Positions 24,047-28,033 of a stretch of DNA of 28,033 nucleotides are shown one piece after another. The stretch is from Clostridia bacterium (GTDB lineage Bacteria > Bacillota > Clostridia > Christensenellales > Aristaeellaceae), in contig JAZLIA010000027.1 in the NCBI GenBank assembly GCA_045617125.1, positions 1-28,033 of the forward strand. Direction: 5' to 3'. Below the pieces are notes generated by a model. It did no database searches and was not told the DNA's origin. It saw only the letters and a list, made by a program, of their open reading frames with translations. Each line of letters starts with the position of its first letter. Position 1 is the first letter of the stretch. The position numbers were made by a program, and so were the translations under genes.

Positions 24047-24593
24047 GCGTCAAAGCACAGGAGAGCATTTCCCGGGGGTCATTTTTGCTGTTCAGCCAAT
24101 CCTCCTTCATGGATAGGGGAAGCATGACCGGCATGCGGTCGTGAATGAAGGAGATCTCCTCTGCCGGGACGCGGGTGAGCACGGTGCACACCGGCTTTTC
24201 CTGTTCAAACCGATACAGCCCCGCCAGGAAGAAAAGGCCGGTATCCCGGGGCTTTAAGGTGTAGCGAAGCTTTCCCGTTTCTTTTTTCTCCCATTCAAAA
24301 TAGTGTTTGGCTGGAAGAAGGCACCGGCGCTCAAGCATTCCTTCCCGGAAAAGCGGCTTTTGCAGAGCGGTTTCACTGCGGGCGTTGAAGATCAGACGCC
24401 CATGCAGGCTGTAGCCCCATTTCATTGCAAAGGGATGAGATACCCCGCTTCTTGATCTGCACAGCACCGGAATCGTATCGCCGGGGCAAAGCTCTCCGCT
24501 GATTTTGACGGGTCCTGTGTGGTTCAGGTTTTTGATCAGTTCCATCAGTTCTTCACTCACATCATTTTCCGGAAGGTAAAATCGTCCGCACAT
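24018..24593 (-). CDS. SOS response-associated peptidase (SRAP/YedK, abasic-site processing protein)
   Basis: Hallmark N-terminus MCGRF with Cys2. 191 aa. The RBS GGAAGGAG overlaps the end of the upstream gene. Confidence 0.9.
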   Translation of the reverse strand: MCGRFYLPENDVSEELMELIKNLNHTGPVKISGELCPGDTIPVLCRSRSGVSHPFAMKWGYSLHGRLIFNARSETALQKPLFREGMLERRCLLPAKHYFEWEKKETGKLRYTLKPRDTGLFFLAGLYRFEQEKPVCTVLTRVPAEEISFIHDRMPVMLPLSMKEDWLNSKNDPREMLSCALTQMSFIPDPS

Positions 24594-24596
24594 AAA

Positions 24597-25382
24597 TTAC
24601 TCCTTCCCGTTCAGCAGCTTCATTGCCTGTTCATAACAGGCTGCGCTGGCGGCGACCACACCGCCGGGCATGGAAAAATCAATGCCTCTGCCGGTGAAGG
24701 GCATGGCAAAGCGGCCGCCCGCTTCCGTGACCAGCAGGGAGCCTGCAGCATAATCCCAGGGCTTCAGCGTGTATTCAAAATAGATCTCCGTGCGGCCGCT
24801 GGCCACATTTGCAAGGTCGATCGCCGCGGAACCGCTTCTGCGGATATCCGCACACGAATAGAGGAAGCGGAGCGCGGAGGAAAGGCTTTTTTCTGCCAGC
24901 TCCGGGTCGTAGGGACTGGTGCCAAAGGAAACCAACGCCCGATCGAAGGAAACGCAGGACACGCGGATCGGCTTTCCGTTCAGGAAAGCGCCCTCTCCCT
25001 TTCGGGCGAAGAACATTTCATCGGTATAAGGTTGGTAAATAAAGCCCAGAATGGGTGTGCGGTCTTTTGTCAGCGCAACGGAAACGGCACTCATGTGCAT
25101 ATCGTGGATCAGGTTGGTGGTGCCGTCCACCGGATCGACGATCCAGGTATATTCATCGGTAAGCAGTTCATTTTCCTGTTCCTCGCCGATAAAACGGCTG
25201 CCGGGAAGAAGCTGGGTCAGCTCTGTTTGCAGAAGGGACTGCACCGAGCGGTCCATCGTGGTGACGAAATTGGCATGTCCTTCCTTCTGATCTACGGAGA
25301 ATTCTATTCGGGCGGTGATCATTTTGCCAACGCGGCGAAGAAGAGCTTCGACCGGGGTAATGACAGCGGAAATATCGGTCAT
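24597..25382 (-). CDS. Inositol monophosphatase family protein
   Basis: Motifs WIVDPVDGTTNLIH and WDYAAGSLLVTEAGG. The ATG at 25382 overlaps the upstream stop (ATGA); the track start at 25433 is an extension. Confidence 0.9.
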   Translation of the reverse strand: MTDISAVITPVEALLRRVGKMITARIEFSVDQKEGHANFVTTMDRSVQSLLQTELTQLLPGSRFIGEEQENELLTDEYTWIVDPVDGTTNLIHDMHMSAVSVALTKDRTPILGFIYQPYTDEMFFARKGEGAFLNGKPIRVSCVSFDRALVSFGTSPYDPELAEKSLSSALRFLYSCADIRRSGSAAIDLANVASGRTEIYFEYTLKPWDYAAGSLLVTEAGGRFAMPFTGRGIDFSMPGGVVAASAACYEQAMKLLNGKE

Positions 25383-25846
25383 GCTTCCACCTTCTTTTGT
25401 TCTGCAAGTTTTTTGAGCAGAGCATCGCAGCACAGGCAGATCTGCTCATATACTTTTTCAAAATTGCCGGTGTACCAGGGGTCTTCGATCTCTCCGATGC
25501 CGGCAAAGGAACCCAGCAGACACAGCTTTTTTTCCGGGTCCCCACCCGTGATGCGCTCTGCCCGGCGCAGGTTACTCTGTTCCATACAGGCGATCAGGTC
25601 GTACTGCTGATAATCTGCTTTCGTGATCTGCCGCGCGGCATGGGGATAAAGCGGCACATGATGCTTTTCCAACACCCGCCTGGCCGGGGGATAGATGGGA
25701 TTTCCGATCTCTTCTGTGCTCACTGCGGCAGAGGAAACGGTGAACCGCTCCTGCTTGCCGCTTTCCTGCAGCTTTTTTCTCAGGATCATTTCCGCCATGG
25801 GAGAACGGCAAATGTTGCCGTGACAGAGGAATAGTACGTTAATCAT
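25379..25846 (-). CDS. Low-molecular-weight protein-tyrosine phosphatase
   Basis: P-loop VLFLCHGNICRSPMAE (C-X5-R-S) and the general-acid region EIEDPWY. Confidence 0.92.
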   Translation of the reverse strand: MINVLFLCHGNICRSPMAEMILRKKLQESGKQERFTVSSAAVSTEEIGNPIYPPARRVLEKHHVPLYPHAARQITKADYQQYDLIACMEQSNLRRAERITGGDPEKKLCLLGSFAGIGEIEDPWYTGNFEKVYEQICLCCDALLKKLAEQKKVEA

Positions 25847-25914
25847 ATCGTTTTTCCTTGTTTTTCAGGGTTTAGTACCTTTTATTTTCATTTGCCGTCA
25901 TCATATATGCATAT

Positions 25915-26070
25915 TCAGTCATATTTTGTGTCATCTGCACAATTACCGCCGGGATCATGAGCTTCATCGTGTTTATTGTTTTTCCATTTGTTATTCGGTT
26001 CAAGAGGCAATGAGCCGAACATTTCGGGGTTTTCCAGCACGGAAACCTGTCCATCGCGACGTTTATACAT
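25915..26070 (-). CDS. Small 51-aa hypothetical protein (below the size threshold of the ORF track)
   Basis: My own translation gives MYKRRDGQVSVLENPEMFGSLPLEPNNKWKNNKHDEAHDPGGNCADDTKYD. AGGAGG lies 7 nt upstream of the ATG at 26070. It is the first ORF after a putative extended -10 promoter and lies upstream of the PTP gene on the same strand. Confidence 0.4.
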   Translation of the reverse strand: MYKRRDGQVSVLENPEMFGSLPLEPNNKWKNNKHDEAHDPGGNCADDTKYD

Positions 26071-26125
26071 TCTGAGACCTCCTGTTGTGCAGGGTTTAAC
26101 GCGAATCCTTGACTCTGCTGCACCT

Positions 26126-26134
26126 ATTATACCA
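26126..26134 (-). promoter_or_regulatory. Extended -10 promoter element (TGgTATAAT) for the small-ORF/PTP/IMPase/SRAP operon
   Basis: The minus strand reads TGGTATAAT. There is no good -35, which is compatible with an extended -10 promoter. Confidence 0.4.
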
Positions 26135-26190
26135 CAAAACGGACTCTATCCACGGATTTTCTTATGTTTTTGGGATTCGTTGGAGATATT

Positions 26191-26212
26191 ATTTATACCG
26201 ACATTTATACCG
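26191..26212 (+). repeat. Direct repeat ATTTATACCG x2 (12-bp period) just upstream of tnpV
   Basis: ATTTATACCGACATTTATACCG, read directly from the sequence. It lies in the core/mobile-element transition zone. Confidence 0.5.
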
Positions 26213-26228
26213 GCAATCTTTTGAACAA

Positions 26229-26573
26229 ATGGGTGGGTGCTATATTCAACGTGGTGACTACCTGTTTCCCGATCTGATCTTGCCGGATGAAGAACACCAC
26301 CAAATCGGAAAGTATGGACTGATGCGAATGAATTACCTGAAGGAATATCGGCCTTCCATCTATAATCAACTGATCCTGATGGGTAAGCTGTATGTCCACC
26401 GGGGCGAGATCGAGCAAACTTGTCAGGAACGGTTGGAGCGCATCATCGTGCAAATGAAAGAAGCAGAAGGAGTTACTGAAGCTCTCAAAGCAACAGACCA
26501 AATGGAATGGGTACGAAGGATGAACAACATTCACAACCGGGCAGAGGAAACCATTTTGAACGAGCTTGTTTAC
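26229..26573 (+). CDS. tnpV: TnpV-like transposon-encoded protein (no stop codon of its own; the frame stays open into the next gene)
   Basis: MGGCYIQRGDYLFPDLILPDEEHHQIGKYGLMRMNYLKEYRPSIYNQLILMGKLYVHRGEIEQTCQERLERIIVQMKEAEGVTEALKATDQMEWVRRMNNIHNRAEETILNELVY matches my recollection of the TnpV family pattern (GDYLxPdL...iG.yG..r..YLke.r...Y..L...gkL...L.eid......GVTE.LKa.dQM.WV..MNni...AEE....ELiY). The track ORF 26109..27164 fuses it to the HTH gene. Confidence 0.75.
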
Positions 26574-26648
26574 AGATCATTTTTTCTGACCTTACCAATC
26601 GCCCCGGCATTTATGTCGGGGATTTCCTTTTATGGAACTCGTTTCATA

Positions 26649-26677
26649 TTGACAAACGGTCGGTTAACCGATATAAT
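26649..26677 (+). promoter_or_regulatory. Perfect consensus SigA promoter with a palindromic operator in the spacer
   Basis: TTGACA (26649-26654), a 17-nt spacer, then TATAAT (26672-26677). The spacer contains the 12-bp perfect palindrome TCGGTTAACCGA (26660-26671). Confidence 0.7.
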
Positions 26678-26702
26678 CATTGTGAAGAAAGAAGGGATGA
26701 AC

Positions 26703-27164
26703 ATGACGATGCAATCCATGCTGCGAGAAAAGAATCTGTCCATGTGTCGCCTGGCGCAGATCAGCGGGGTGCCCAAGACAACTGTGATTGATATATGCTC
26801 CGGCAAAAGCGATATTGAAGGCTGCACCGCAAAAACGGTCATGCAGCTTTCCCGTGCGCTGGGCTGCACCATGGAAGAACTGATGCAGATCGACAATGCC
26901 CGTTATGACCGATCAACCGGACTACCCAAGGATGAAAGCTATCTGGAAAAGGGCCTCCCGGTTTACCTTCAGAAATCTATCGCAGCCATGCAGGCATCAT
27001 GGACGATCGTGGACAATGGCGGAAAAGATCTGCATTGGGATATTTACTGGAGCGATTTGAACGCTGATATCAACAGTGCGGAAACGGAGCAGGAGATTTC
27101 CAACGACCAGGCCTGGTATCTCCGCCTGAAATATCTGCGGATGGAAAAGGATGATAATGTATGA
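26703..27164 (+). CDS. XRE-family HTH protein with a C-terminal extension of about 90 aa; putative antitoxin/repressor of the HipA-like kinase
   Basis: MTMQSMLREKNLSMCRLAQISGVPKTTVIDICSGKSDIEGCTAKTVMQLSRALGCTMEELMQI is a Cro/C1-type HTH. GAAGGG lies 6 nt upstream of the ATG at 26703, with alternative ATGs at 26697 and 26709. The stop overlaps the kinase ATG (ATGA). Confidence 0.8.
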   Translation: MTMQSMLREKNLSMCRLAQISGVPKTTVIDICSGKSDIEGCTAKTVMQLSRALGCTMEELMQIDNARYDRSTGLPKDESYLEKGLPVYLQKSIAAMQASWTIVDNGGKDLHWDIYWSDLNADINSAETEQEISNDQAWYLRLKYLRMEKDDNV

Positions 27165-28033
27165 TTGATTTTAGCAAATTGCAACGGCGAAACAAGACAT
27201 ATGCCGGCGCAAATGGCAGTAAGATCGCGGTGATGTATGAGGATGAACTGTATATGCTCAAGTTTCCCGGCATTGCCAGACAAAACAAAGACATGAGCTA
27301 TGCCAATGGCTGTATCTGTGAGTATCTTGGCTCCCATATCTTTGAGATCGTGAGCATTCCGGTACAGAAAACGCTGCTTGGCACATTCAACCGGAACGGC
27401 AAAGAAAAGATCGTTGTGGCCTGCAAGGATTTTACCACAACGGATACTGTGATCCAGGACTTTGCTTCGTTGAAAAACACGATCATAGATTCCGAACACA
27501 ACGGATATGGAACCGAATTATCTGATATTCTGATGGCGATGGATGAGCAGCAGGCGATTGATCCCGATGTGCTGAAGCAACGGTTCTGGGATATGTTTAT
27601 CGTAGATGCGTTAATTGGCAACTGGGACCGTCACAACGGAAACTGGGGCTTTCTGTATAACAGCAGAACGGACGAAATGACACTGGCCCCGGTATTCGAT
27701 TGCGGCAGCAGTCTTTTCCCCCAGGCTGATGATGACATCATGCAGGCTGTCCTGGACGATCCGGCGGAACGGGATGTGCGTATTTTTAAGATCCCCCTTT
27801 CCGGCATCCGACAGGATGGACAGAAGATCAATTATTATGATTTCATTTATTCCGGGAAAAATCAGGACTGCAACGCGGCGCTGAAGAGAATCCTGCCCCG
27901 AATTGATATGAAGAAGATTGACCTAATGATTGATGAAACGCCGTTTATCACTGATCTGCGAAAGCGATTCTACAAAATAATGCTCGCGGAACGGAAGGAA
28001 AAGATTCTGGACCGTGCTTTGCGGAAAATTTGA
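27161..28033 (+). CDS. HipA-like Ser/Thr kinase (HipA C-terminal kinase core only), putative toxin
   Basis: Gly-rich loop YAGANGSK near the N-terminus, catalytic loop DALIGNWDRHNGNWGF, Mg-binding LAPVFDCGSS. 290 aa. The TGA stop is the last 3 bases of the window. Confidence 0.88.
   Translation: MIDFSKLQRRNKTYAGANGSKIAVMYEDELYMLKFPGIARQNKDMSYANGCICEYLGSHIFEIVSIPVQKTLLGTFNRNGKEKIVVACKDFTTTDTVIQDFASLKNTIIDSEHNGYGTELSDILMAMDEQQAIDPDVLKQRFWDMFIVDALIGNWDRHNGNWGFLYNSRTDEMTLAPVFDCGSSLFPQADDDIMQAVLDDPAERDVRIFKIPLSGIRQDGQKINYYDFIYSGKNQDCNAALKRILPRIDMKKIDLMIDETPFITDLRKRFYKIMLAERKEKILDRALRKI

Noticed and set aside
24519-25610. 363-aa ORF on the + strand spanning the SRAP/IMPase/PTP genes.
   Set aside because: It crosses three minus-strand genes that each carry diagnostic motifs (MCGRF, DPVDGT/WDYAAG, CX5RS). 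It has no RBS, so it is an antisense shadow.
25866-26098. 9-bp direct repeat CAGGGTTTA flanking the small ORF (25866-25874 and 26090-26098), considered as a possible target-site duplication of a miniature insertion.
   Set aside because: There are no terminal inverted repeats inside the copies. A 9-mer match within about 250 bp is not improbable by chance (rough expectation about 0.2).
25872-26123. 83-aa track ORF on the - strand, between the PTP gene and tnpV.
   Set aside because: It has no RBS, and its start lies upstream of the likely TSS. A different frame carries an AGGAGG-preceded 51-aa ORF, which I reported instead, though only at modest confidence.
26109-26228. The N-terminal 40 codons of the 351-aa track ORF (TTG start).
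   Set aside because: There is no RBS and the sequence is Tyr/His/Arg-rich junk. The stretch overlaps the minus-strand promoter of the neighbouring operon, and TnpV homology begins only at the ATG at 26229.
1-28033. Search of the whole window for CRISPR arrays, tRNA/rRNA genes, IS transposases, integrases, reverse transcriptases and long tandem repeats.
   Set aside because: I could find none by eye. There are no regularly spaced repeats of 25-40 bp, no tRNA-like T-arm motifs in the intergenic regions, and no ORF with recombinase or RT motifs. A computational scan (tRNAscan, Infernal, CRISPR finders) would be needed to be definitive.

Overview
This is a roughly 55% GC chromosomal segment that looks Firmicutes/Clostridia-like (GGAGG ribosome-binding sites, a fused rph-rdgB gene, TnpV, many ATGA-coupled genes). 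Most of it is ordinary housekeeping and transport DNA. From left to right:

- **1-2770:** pnp (partial, runs off the left edge), rpsO and a Tyr/Asp-repeat lipoprotein.
- **2899-6034:** a CUT1-type sugar ABC uptake operon (binding protein plus 2 permeases, no ATPase).
- **6343-8480:** a FliB-like Cys-cluster protein and a Zn-dependent dehydrogenase.
- **8685-13253:** a 3-gene ABC-2 exporter operon, then a MATE transporter. Its C-terminal GHKL-like cytoplasmic domain is split off by a +1 frameshift in a G6 run.
- **13376-17448:** an rph-rdgB / metallophosphoesterase / MFS / Lgt-like membrane protein operon.
- **17403-21272:** a LysR regulator facing a visibly decayed catabolic locus (20-aa remnant ORF, N-truncated AEC permease, dehydrogenase C-terminal fragment, GH88/GH105 hydrolase, lone discoidin domain).
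- **21346-26134:** GNAT-pcp, a second MATE, and a small-ORF / LMW-PTP / IMPase / SRAP operon.
- **From about 26.2 kb:** a more AT-rich mobile-element edge carrying TnpV and a compact HTH + minimal HipA-like kinase pair.

I found no rRNA, tRNA, CRISPR array or transposase. I see no convincing large novel multi-gene system in the centre of the window. The best candidate for something under-described is the HipA-like module at the right edge, which has a perfect consensus promoter with a palindromic operator. The MATE-GHKL architecture and a degenerate Lgt-like protein come next.

All family assignments rest on motif recognition by eye. No database search was run.
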